From: a virus
Taxonomy: Duplodnaviria; Caudoviricetes
Length of the DNA: 37,312 nucleotides
Virus record (IMG/VR): IMGVR_UViG_3300005077_000106
Span: 1 to 37,312 of that record
Reading direction: 5' to 3' (one strand)
Under the pieces are notes generated by a model that saw nothing but the letters and a program-made list of their open reading frames with translations, did no database searches and had not been told where the DNA came from. The first letter of the stretch is position 1, and the number at the start of each line of letters is the position of its first letter. Below, piece by piece: positions 16,227 through 24,635 of this stretch. Position numbers and translations under genes: made by a program.

Positions 16227-16946
16227 ATGCTTGCTACTAACAACAAACAGGACGATAGGCTGGAGGCGTCAAGGCGATTCTGGCAAGAGATAGCCAAGAC
16301 CAGGGGAATAGACCCCGATACCGGCGAGCCAGAATCACTGCGGAGCTGGGCTAGGAGGCTCGGCATTGACATAAATAATCTAGTGCAATGGCAGCGAGGA
16401 GGCTCCATCACGCCGAGGATGATCAGAAAGGTAACTGACAAGCTAAATATGCCTCAGTCAGAGTTTTTTCGGCTCTTCTCCATCGCAGAGCCCGCCGCCC
16501 CAGAGTTCACTCCGACGCGGGTTGTCCCTCTATATGACGCAGAGAGAACGCGAGGAATAGATGGACATATCGACGGGGATAAGATCGGCGGAGCCCCTAT
16601 TATGCCTGAATTGTTGAGGGATGCAAATGTGTCCAGGGATATTGCAGCAATAAAGATATCCGATAGCTGCGACGACTCATCGCCAATAGTCCCTCCTGGG
16701 TCGATAGTCTTTATCGATGTAGCCGTGTCTAGGGACACGATAACTCACGGGGCCCTTTACGCAGTCAACGATGAGTATGAGGAAAAGATATTGCTTAGGA
16801 CCCTAAAGGAGGCGCGAGGGGTGTTGTACACCGACCCAATAAACAAGAAGATAAAAGGAGAACGAAGCTGGACGGCTAACCTGAGGAAGCTGATTGTAGG
16901 TGTTGTATTTCTTGTACAGGCACCGATACGGAGGGTGGTAGTGTGA
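16227..16946 (+). CDS. CI-like repressor (XRE HTH + S24-like C-domain)
   Basis: GGAGGT RBS; SLRSWARRLGIDINNLVQWQRG; P.VPPGSIVFID; LIVGVV; divergent from xis. Confidence 0.85.
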   Translation: MLATNNKQDDRLEASRRFWQEIAKTRGIDPDTGEPESLRSWARRLGIDINNLVQWQRGGSITPRMIRKVTDKLNMPQSEFFRLFSIAEPAAPEFTPTRVVPLYDAERTRGIDGHIDGDKIGGAPIMPELLRDANVSRDIAAIKISDSCDDSSPIVPPGSIVFIDVAVSRDTITHGALYAVNDEYEEKILLRTLKEARGVLYTDPINKKIKGERSWTANLRKLIVGVVFLVQAPIRRVVV

Positions 16947-18037
16947 TATCTGCGAAGTGTAGCGGATGCGGGGCACTTAATAGTGTAAACACAAAGCGCT
17001 GTTATAGGTGTAGCCAACAGCTCCCAAAGAATGGGAGGGGGCTGACTCTATTCGCAGAGTGGAGGGTGTCGGGGAGGAAGCACAGAAAGTCTCTTGGCAA
17101 GATAGGCATAACAGAGGCACAGCGTGTACTGGCGGAAATAAAGTCTGCGTCTAGGAGAAAAAACACCACCACCACCATAGTAGTTGGAGCATCGTGCAAC
17201 CTCACCGTCCACGAGGGGATAGGTAGATTTTATAGAAGCAGGGAGCTGTCTGGTGCCAAGAGGCAGACGCTAGTCAATATCCGTACTGCTGCTGGCAAGC
17301 TTATGCCGATCGGAGGCCTGTATATGGCGTCCGTAGGTGCAGATGATATAATGCCTTTACTGGCAGGACTATCTCTCTCGTCACAGAAGTCATATGCCGC
17401 GATTATAAATAGTATTTGGAAATATAATCTCCCTAACTTAGGTCGCGGCCTTAACCTAAAAATAACCGTACCAGAGCGGCCCTTCATGGTGCTGTCTGCG
17501 GAACAGCAAGACAGGCTCCTCAAGGTAGCTACCGGGGACATAAGGGATTTTATAGTGGTGGCACTATGCACAGGGCTGAGAAAGGATAATATTCTGAGGC
17601 TTAGGTGGCAAGACGTCGATTTAGAGAACAGGAGGATAGTGGTCGTCCAAAAGAGAGGCCGCATCCATTCCGTCCCGATTGCCCAGCCAGTTTACAATAT
17701 TCTGTGTTCTAGGCAGCGGGTATCTGAATATGTTTGGCCGTCGGCTAGCCCCGATGCTCCCAGGAAAGGGTTCTATGCAGCCTGGCTGACGCTAAAGCGA
17801 AAGGCCGGCCTCCCGAATGGTTTCAGGTTTCACGACCTGAGGCACACCTGTGCCACGAGGATAGTAGAGAAGTTTGGGGACATAAGATATGCCCAGAGTA
17901 TGCTCGGCCATGCCACGATTGTTACTACCCAGAGGTATGCCCATATAATGCAAGACCGATTAGCCCGCATAGCGGAGGCCGTAGCGGGTGATATTATGGA
18001 GCCCAGCAAAACGCCCAACAAGCAGAGCTTTCGTTAA
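16943..18037 (+). CDS. int: Tyrosine integrase with N-terminal zinc ribbon
   Basis: TGLR, FHDLRH, LGH, TQRYAH; N-terminal CSGC...CYRC. Confidence 0.95.
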   Translation: MISAKCSGCGALNSVNTKRCYRCSQQLPKNGRGLTLFAEWRVSGRKHRKSLGKIGITEAQRVLAEIKSASRRKNTTTTIVVGASCNLTVHEGIGRFYRSRELSGAKRQTLVNIRTAAGKLMPIGGLYMASVGADDIMPLLAGLSLSSQKSYAAIINSIWKYNLPNLGRGLNLKITVPERPFMVLSAEQQDRLLKVATGDIRDFIVVALCTGLRKDNILRLRWQDVDLENRRIVVVQKRGRIHSVPIAQPVYNILCSRQRVSEYVWPSASPDAPRKGFYAAWLTLKRKAGLPNGFRFHDLRHTCATRIVEKFGDIRYAQSMLGHATIVTTQRYAHIMQDRLARIAEAVAGDIMEPSKTPNKQSFR

Positions 18038-18291
18038 TGATATCAATGGGGGTAATACTTCTTTCTCAAGTATTGTCCTGTATATGATTCCATCGTTAGA
18101 CGCCAATAAAATCAGACACTTCGCCGTAGCCAACGGCACAAAAACTACCAAAATGTAACAATCCTACAGCTAGTATTATTAGGGATTTGGCGATTTAAGA
18201 GACAGGTCGGGACACCCAGAGCCCAGCCAAATGCCCAGCCCCCCCACCGATTACATCAGGCAAATTGCCGTCAAGTGATTTCAGCTACTTA
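18001..18291. other. Putative attP region
   Basis: Paired GCCCA(G/A)C direct repeats at 18001/18013 and 18221/18233; IHF-like TTTCAGCTACTTA at 18279-18291; follows int. Confidence 0.6.
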
Positions 18292-18310
18292 AAAAACTAA
18301 TCGGCGCTAA

Positions 18311-18320
18311 ATGTTATAAT
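18311..18320 (+). promoter_or_regulatory. Extended -10 promoter of the late operon
   Basis: ATGTTATAAT 33 nt upstream of the first late ORF; no consensus -35. Confidence 0.6.
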
Positions 18321-18353
18321 GAATGTAGATAGAGATATCTGCGGGGGCGCACT

Positions 18354-18641
18354 ATGGGTAAAATCATTACGGCGATTATTTCATTTTTTGTCAGGCTGAA
18401 ATCGAATCCGTTGGCGGCTTCGATTGCTACGGCTGTAGTGGACGCCATATCCAGTATACCTCCAGAGGTTCCGAGAAGGGTGTTTTCTCTGGTTGTTGAG
18501 GCGTCTCAGCGTGACGAGGAAAACAGGGCTAAGTTTATTTGGGTATATAATAAGTTGCGTTCCGAATTCCCAGATGTGGGAGAGAATATGATTCGTACCC
18601 TTATTGAGAGCTCTCTGTTAAATGTCAAAAAGGGGCAGTAA
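18354..18641 (+). CDS. Hypothetical protein, possibly LL-H-type holin-like
   Basis: Hydrophobic N-terminus and VVEASQ...K...LIESSL pattern; the holin label is weak. Confidence 0.55.
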   Translation: MGKIITAIISFFVRLKSNPLAASIATAVVDAISSIPPEVPRRVFSLVVEASQRDEENRAKFIWVYNKLRSEFPDVGENMIRTLIESSLLNVKKGQ

Positions 18642-19207
18642 TGGCGGAAGATGTCGAGTCGGCCGACTCCAACAATCTACCGGAAAACTTAGAAGGCATG
18701 GAGCTTATCGAGTCTATGCCAGACTCGATAAAAATGAGGATAGTGAGATGGTACTATCAGAATGTGCCATACAAAGAGATAGCGAGCCGGCTAGAGCAAC
18801 ATAAATACAAGGTAAATCACGTAACAATATATAGGTGGTGTCTCAAGCATCTCCACACCATAGACTCTGGAAAGCGCAGGGTACACGAGGATAAGCTTGA
18901 GGAACTCCAAGACACCGCCGTACTAAAAATCATAGAGAAGGGCCTTGAGGCCCTCGAAGGCTGTTCGCTTCCGCAGATCAAGACGTTCAAAGAGTTTGAG
19001 CAAGTATCACAGGCGGTAGCGAGAACCATAACCTCAAAGTCACAGGTCGAGCGGGTGAAGATTGAAACTACCCGGGCAGTCGATGCACTCAGAGAGCAAT
19101 TCAAAGCTGCAATACAGCGTGAGTTAGCACAATACCCGGAATTGGTTGACAAGATTCACGAGGCAATAGCAGAGGCAAGCAAGAAATTCACGCCTCTCCC
19201 AGAGTAG
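18641..19207 (+). CDS. Terminase small subunit (HTH, DUF3486-like)
   Basis: YKEIASRL...VNHVTIYRW HTH plus helical region; directly upstream of the large subunit. Confidence 0.7.
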   Translation: MAEDVESADSNNLPENLEGMELIESMPDSIKMRIVRWYYQNVPYKEIASRLEQHKYKVNHVTIYRWCLKHLHTIDSGKRRVHEDKLEELQDTAVLKIIEKGLEALEGCSLPQIKTFKEFEQVSQAVARTITSKSQVERVKIETTRAVDALREQFKAAIQRELAQYPELVDKIHEAIAEASKKFTPLPE

Positions 19208-19208
19208 C

Positions 19209-20864
19209 ATGGAAGCTGTAAGGGACATTCTACCCAGAACGGCATATATGCCGACAGCCTCACGCCTTAGCCTGATCGACTGGATGGGTCACGCCGGGGT
19301 TCTGTTAAGAGGTAAACCATATTCAACAAAGAATCACGAGTACCTACAGCAGATCCTCGGCGACGACCATCACGACATAACTTTCCAAAAAGCCGCCCAG
19401 GTGGGTATTAGCACATTGGTGCTAATAAAATCCCTATGGATTTCAGAGCATTTAGGCAAGAAGGTTGTGTATTACTTTCAAGATGACAAGGCGGTGCAAG
19501 ACTTCTCGAGCGACAGGGCCACACCACTTATTGAGGAAAGCCCTTATCTATCCTCGAGAATGAGGACAACGGATCGCGTGGGGTTGAAGCAGCTGGGTCC
19601 AGGCACAATATACTTTAGGGGGCTCCAAAACAGAGGGAAAGTCAAGAGCATAGACTGCGACTATGTTGTGTTAGATGAGCTCGATGCCTCGCGGGAGGAT
19701 ACAGTCTCCTTTGCAATCGACCGGTTAAGGCATAGCGATATGGGGTGGGTAGCCTCTCTGTCGCAGCCGTCTATACCAGGCTTCGGAATTAATAAGCGGT
19801 ATGGGAAGACAGATCAGCACCATTGGAATCTCATCTGTCCATCCTGCGGGCACCGCAACTGCCTTGAGTTGGACTGGCCCTCGAACTTTATGCCGATCCC
19901 GGAAAGCAAAAGAAGGACCTTCCCGGAGGGCGCAACCCATTACCGCGGATGCACTAAGTGCGAGGCACGACTAAATCCGGCACAAGGCGAATGGATTGCA
20001 AGGCACCCTGGGAGAAAACAGCGCGGTTATCACCTTTCGCAGCTTTATACGCAGATATCAAGTCCGGGGTATCCCAACATTGCATCAAGGATCATGTGGG
20101 AATATCAGGACAAGCTTGGCTCGCAGTTAGGTTTAGAGAATTTTACTATCTCCGTGTTGGGTTTTCCGTTCAGCGGCGCTGCAGCAAGGGTCAATGACGA
20201 GCTGCTCGACTTCTGTGAGGGGGATTATCCGTTCACGATAAACCAAGAAGGTTGTTTTATGGGCGTCGACCAGGGCGACACGCTGAGTATAGTGATTGGC
20301 ATTCTCTCTGGGCCGTCATTTAAGGTAGTCTATGCAGAGCAGACCGAGAAGTGGGACAGGCTAGATCAGCTACTTAATAACTTCGCGGTGCACTACTGCG
20401 TAATAGATGCCCAGCCGAATAAGCACTCAGCAAAAGCCCTCGCCACCAGGTACCCCGGGAGGGTCTCTATTCAGTATTTCGGAGCCAAGGAGACGAAACT
20501 AGGAAAAGAGCTCCACGAGGGCCGCGTGGAAGTCGATACTATTAATGTGGATAGGACAGAGTCAATAGACAGAATGATTGATAGGATGGAGGCCGGATTC
20601 ATTAACCTCCCATCGAGAAAGCTCAGTGATGGAAGGGGTATGGCGGTTATAGAAGATTTGAGACGCCATCTTAAACAGCTGGTCACAAAAACAGAAATTA
20701 CATCACGCGGAATACCGCTCAGGACCTACTTAAGGGGGGCGGGAATAGAGAATCACTTGGGTATGGCGCTGAATAACGCGGTATTAGCTGCATATGAGAT
20801 GGGTATTACTACCGGCCCGATGGTAAGCCCCATTTTTGCTCCTATACGTTTTGGGAGGGCATAG
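19209..20864 (+). CDS. terL: Terminase large subunit, GpA-like
   Basis: KAAQVGIST, VVLDELD, CPSCGH, GYHLSQLY, nuclease motif MGVDQG. Confidence 0.92.
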   Translation: MEAVRDILPRTAYMPTASRLSLIDWMGHAGVLLRGKPYSTKNHEYLQQILGDDHHDITFQKAAQVGISTLVLIKSLWISEHLGKKVVYYFQDDKAVQDFSSDRATPLIEESPYLSSRMRTTDRVGLKQLGPGTIYFRGLQNRGKVKSIDCDYVVLDELDASREDTVSFAIDRLRHSDMGWVASLSQPSIPGFGINKRYGKTDQHHWNLICPSCGHRNCLELDWPSNFMPIPESKRRTFPEGATHYRGCTKCEARLNPAQGEWIARHPGRKQRGYHLSQLYTQISSPGYPNIASRIMWEYQDKLGSQLGLENFTISVLGFPFSGAAARVNDELLDFCEGDYPFTINQEGCFMGVDQGDTLSIVIGILSGPSFKVVYAEQTEKWDRLDQLLNNFAVHYCVIDAQPNKHSAKALATRYPGRVSIQYFGAKETKLGKELHEGRVEVDTINVDRTESIDRMIDRMEAGFINLPSRKLSDGRGMAVIEDLRRHLKQLVTKTEITSRGIPLRTYLRGAGIENHLGMALNNAVLAAYEMGITTGPMVSPIFAPIRFGRA

Positions 20865-23047
20865 TGGGGATTACCTCTAGAATAAAGGAAATATTTGCCG
20901 CCGAATCGAAGCCTGAGGCCTACCCAACAGTCACCGCAAGGGTCAGCGTGGACGAAGAGGGGCAATACGGGGCCCAGGTGGATCGATTTCTGCGCGGCTT
21001 GTCTGTTATAGCTGCGAAGTTCCCGTTCGAGTTCTACAATGTTATTGACAACTTAACCATGATAGACCCTTACATATCCAAGTTCCATCAGACCACAATT
21101 AATATGGGGAACCTGGGGCATACATTAGAACTCGACACCGACTCTGAGTCGAAGGCTGACACAGCTATAGCGGTCGCAAACGACCTAGCTGCAAGGTGTT
21201 TTCCAATAAGCGGAGGCATGGACGGGCTGGTAAACGCGATGCTGTCACAAGTAGCGCGCACCGGGGGGATGTGTGTTGAGTGGGTCCCGGACAAGACCCT
21301 GTCCAGAGTGGAGCGTGCGTTTGTAATACCAATTAAGACCCTGAGGTGGAGATACAACGCAAAGAATGAACTAGAACTTGTCCAAATTCAGAATGATGGA
21401 CTTGTTCCATTAAACATGACGCAAACATCTTATCATAACGCTACGATAAGAGACACGAATCCATATCCAATCCCCCCAGCAATAGCCGCACTAGAGAGCT
21501 GTTCCGCACATCGCACCATAATCGAAAAGATTAAAGACTGGATGGAGAAGGTCTCCGCCTTGGGTGTTCTTTTGGCGTCGGTCTCTCCCCCGCCAAGGGA
21601 GATAGGCGAGACCCAGGCTCAGTATGACCTAAAGGCGCAGGCGTATCTAGAGAAGATTGCCAAGAGCATCCAGGATAATATGAGCACTGGCATTGGCGTA
21701 GGGTACAACAACATAGAGTTTACCTTCCAAAACACCCAGAGCGCAGCCCAGGGGGCACAGGACATATTGCAGATAGTCCTACACGGATTATTCGCAGCCC
21801 TACACAGGGACCCGCTGTTTTTTGGGTGGCACTTTAATAGCACCGAGAGCTACGCCAGGGTTGTCTATGACGAAATGGTTCAGGGCATCAAAGCCTTCCA
21901 GCTTGGGCTCAAGAGGCTACTCGAGCACGGGCATCGTCTAAATTTCGCCCTGCACGGCATGGGGGATGTTGGGATATCTGTGCACTTTAACTCTGGAGCT
22001 TCTATCGATGCCTTCAGAGATGCTGAGGCCGAGTACATGAAAACCCAGGCAATAATAGCGCAGATAGAGCCTGGTGTCCTTAGTATCGAAGAGGCCCGTA
22101 AAATATTGGGCCATGATGACAGAAAGGCTGAGAGCGGGAGATTCGTAGCTTCGTTCAATAGGTCAGACCGTCGCTATCAGATCCTAAAGTTAAATAACCG
22201 GTGGATAGGCGCAGAGTTTGATGAAGGTGAAGAGTACGAAGACTGGGTAGAGAAGCAGCTATCCTCAGCGAATAGCGAGGGAAGTAAGGCGTTACTGCTA
22301 TGGTTATTGCTGTTTGTTAATAGTAGAGACCTCCCAGACAAAGAGTCTTTCATAAAAGAAGGCACTACACGCTTTATATCGGCGGCAGAGGGAGCGATAT
22401 CCAGGAGGCAGATATCTGGACGTACTAGAGACTACCTCACAAAAGAGTGGAACAAAGGGCGCACGGCGAGCGGGCATGTTTCTAACAAGGAGCTTGCAGC
22501 TATAGCGTTCCTCGCGGGTGCCGTAGAAGCGAGGGTAATATCAGAATATCTATCGAGGTCTACCCAAAGGCAGAGCTCTATAGAGGCCTTCCTCGGCAAG
22601 ATATACTCAGGAATAAAAACCGGTGAGGGGAGCGGGGCGGTAGCATTGGAGGTAGCCTCATTGTCGGACAGGCTGGCAGATAATGCTGCATCAGTAATAG
22701 CAAGCACATCGGTTAGAAGGGCAAGGGTGTGGGCAAAACTATATTCCATGGAACGAGATGGAATAGAGCTCTACAGGGTGGATGGTCCCCGAGACGACAG
22801 GAAGTGTGACTTCTGTTGGGGAATGCTTGATAGGGTATTTTCTGTCAGCAACGCTACAGACAGAATACGCAATACGATAGAAAACGGGTATGACGAGTTT
22901 GAGCGCAACATGCCGTTTCTTAAGGACCTTATTGGAATAGAAGACCTCAAAAAGATGTCAGACTATGAGGTTCAAAATACAGGGTTTGCGGCTCCTCCAT
23001 ATCATCCTAATTGTAGAGACTATTTGGTTGAGGTGAAGACCAATTGA
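20864..23047 (+). CDS. Portal protein fused to MuF-like head morphogenesis domain
   Basis: Follows terL; portal-type ending GVLSIEEARKILG; C-terminal DDRKCDFC...PPYHPNCR. Confidence 0.8.
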   Translation: MGITSRIKEIFAAESKPEAYPTVTARVSVDEEGQYGAQVDRFLRGLSVIAAKFPFEFYNVIDNLTMIDPYISKFHQTTINMGNLGHTLELDTDSESKADTAIAVANDLAARCFPISGGMDGLVNAMLSQVARTGGMCVEWVPDKTLSRVERAFVIPIKTLRWRYNAKNELELVQIQNDGLVPLNMTQTSYHNATIRDTNPYPIPPAIAALESCSAHRTIIEKIKDWMEKVSALGVLLASVSPPPREIGETQAQYDLKAQAYLEKIAKSIQDNMSTGIGVGYNNIEFTFQNTQSAAQGAQDILQIVLHGLFAALHRDPLFFGWHFNSTESYARVVYDEMVQGIKAFQLGLKRLLEHGHRLNFALHGMGDVGISVHFNSGASIDAFRDAEAEYMKTQAIIAQIEPGVLSIEEARKILGHDDRKAESGRFVASFNRSDRRYQILKLNNRWIGAEFDEGEEYEDWVEKQLSSANSEGSKALLLWLLLFVNSRDLPDKESFIKEGTTRFISAAEGAISRRQISGRTRDYLTKEWNKGRTASGHVSNKELAAIAFLAGAVEARVISEYLSRSTQRQSSIEAFLGKIYSGIKTGEGSGAVALEVASLSDRLADNAASVIASTSVRRARVWAKLYSMERDGIELYRVDGPRDDRKCDFCWGMLDRVFSVSNATDRIRNTIENGYDEFERNMPFLKDLIGIEDLKKMSDYEVQNTGFAAPPYHPNCRDYLVEVKTN

Positions 23048-23961
23048 GAACATTGAATTTTTCGGACAAACCGGTTGGGACTAAGAGTGGAGTCGATATT
23101 TTTAGATTCGACTGCATCATTGATTCTAGTAGGCGGCCGTGTGAACCATCCGAGCCTGTCACCATGCCGACAGAGCAGGACAACGAGGAGCATGCTGACG
23201 AGACCCCTATCCCAGACGATAACCTTGTAAGGGATAGGTGGAGGCTGATTAGTGCCGTCAAGGCATGGCCCACGACCGGTATGCCATCGCCTCAGCTAGT
23301 CGATTATGGGCACGACGGCGGCTCGGTATTAAGGAAAGCCATAGATCTTGTAAACATTTCAAAGCCTGATCTCACATGGAATCATAGCGTGGATGCACGA
23401 GACGTAGCGGGGTATGTAGAGAATGCCACATGGGAGGCGTCTGTGGATATCCCGCCAGGCATAAACGCCGATCTCGTAGTGGACCCGGAATATGACTCCA
23501 AGGCCGCGACAGGCCTGAGGCGGGGACAGCTTCGTAATGGGAGCATTGGATTTACTATGGATGTCCAGCCAAGTCACCCGTCGATGGAGTTCTATGATTT
23601 TGTTGAGAGACAAGGGGAGATTGTCGACGGAGTGCAAGTTCGGTGGCTCCCCACAGACCTATATGAGGTGAGGCACATGGCTCTTGTCCCGGCTGGGACT
23701 GGGGCTGACAAATTCGCGGGTCGGAGGGCATCTGGGACCGACAATATCGCGGAATATACAAATGAACGGAGGACGGAAACAGTGGAGAAACATTTTGAAT
23801 TTTTCCAGTCGGTCCTGGAACAACTCGGGATCGATATTCTCCTCACTGAGTCTGCCGAAGTCTCTGATGCGACACGGGAACGTGTATCGGAGCGGATCGA
23901 AAAGCTCTCGAATGTGCGGATGGCATTTATGCGATGGCACAACGTGGCGAGAGGTTGGTAG
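23044..23961 (+). CDS. Prohead protease/scaffold, N-terminal part
   Basis: WNH..D, GSIGF, HMALV..GAD; lies between portal and capsid. Confidence 0.75.
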   Translation: MRTLNFSDKPVGTKSGVDIFRFDCIIDSSRRPCEPSEPVTMPTEQDNEEHADETPIPDDNLVRDRWRLISAVKAWPTTGMPSPQLVDYGHDGGSVLRKAIDLVNISKPDLTWNHSVDARDVAGYVENATWEASVDIPPGINADLVVDPEYDSKAATGLRRGQLRNGSIGFTMDVQPSHPSMEFYDFVERQGEIVDGVQVRWLPTDLYEVRHMALVPAGTGADKFAGRRASGTDNIAEYTNERRTETVEKHFEFFQSVLEQLGIDILLTESAEVSDATRERVSERIEKLSNVRMAFMRWHNVARGW

Positions 23962-24242
23962 AGTTTAAGCAGCGGGAGGCGCTTGAGTGGTTTGACAAGG
24001 CCAAGTTTGCGCCAGACAAGCCGGAACTTACTGATTCGGAGAAGCGTATGCGTGGTCGCATCGAGGCGTCCTCGGATCTCGATTACCTGGAGGACATGGC
24101 CTCTGAGTATAGGAACCTCGCGCAGCAGAAATTTGGACTGAACCGATCTTCAGCGGCAGAGGAACTGCCTGTGGTTGAAATGCAAAGGGAGTCAGAGAAG
24201 AATATTGATATCGCTGAATCCTCAAAAAAGCTGTTTGGATAA
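23934..24242 (+). CDS. Scaffold C-terminal region, probably the -1 frame continuation of 23044..23961
   Basis: Charged helical sequence; the frame is open upstream past 23900; no clear RBS. Confidence 0.6.
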   Translation: MAQRGERLVEFKQREALEWFDKAKFAPDKPELTDSEKRMRGRIEASSDLDYLEDMASEYRNLAQQKFGLNRSSAAEELPVVEMQRESEKNIDIAESSKKLFG

Positions 24243-24255
24243 GGAGATAGGGTAG

Positions 24256-24627
24256 ATGTATCAGAAACGATCTGAGGTATTGGCTGTTAAATTCACCTGT
24301 CCTACGACAGTTGGGGTCGGTGATCCTGTTGTGATCTCTGATGATCTCACTGTTGCTGCGATCTCTGGTGCTGGGTCAACCTCCATCATTGGGACGGTGT
24401 GTCAGCATCTCGATGGGGCAGCGTATTGCACTGTCGAAACAAAATTCCGTGAGCGGCGTGATGATCGGGTGGCGGGCGCTGAGTGTGCTGTTGGACCGTT
24501 TGTGTTTGATGCGAATGGGGAGGTTATTGCGTATGACGCAGATTCCCATGATCCAGCGGCTATAGTAGGGGTGGTCATTGTCGCTGCCGCTCAAGCTGAC
24601 GATATTGTAGAAACACTCGAATATTAG
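24256..24627 (+). CDS. Capsid decoration/cement protein
   Basis: AAGGAG RBS; small beta-rich protein (VGDPVVIS, IGTV, CTVET) upstream of the capsid gene. Confidence 0.7.
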   Translation: MYQKRSEVLAVKFTCPTTVGVGDPVVISDDLTVAAISGAGSTSIIGTVCQHLDGAAYCTVETKFRERRDDRVAGAECAVGPFVFDANGEVIAYDADSHDPAAIVGVVIVAAAQADDIVETLEY

Positions 24628-24635
24628 GAGGAGAA

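Noticed and set aside
18086-18105. Complete tRNA gene
   Set aside because: No upstream T-stem, anticodon arm or D arm; kept only as a possible att core.
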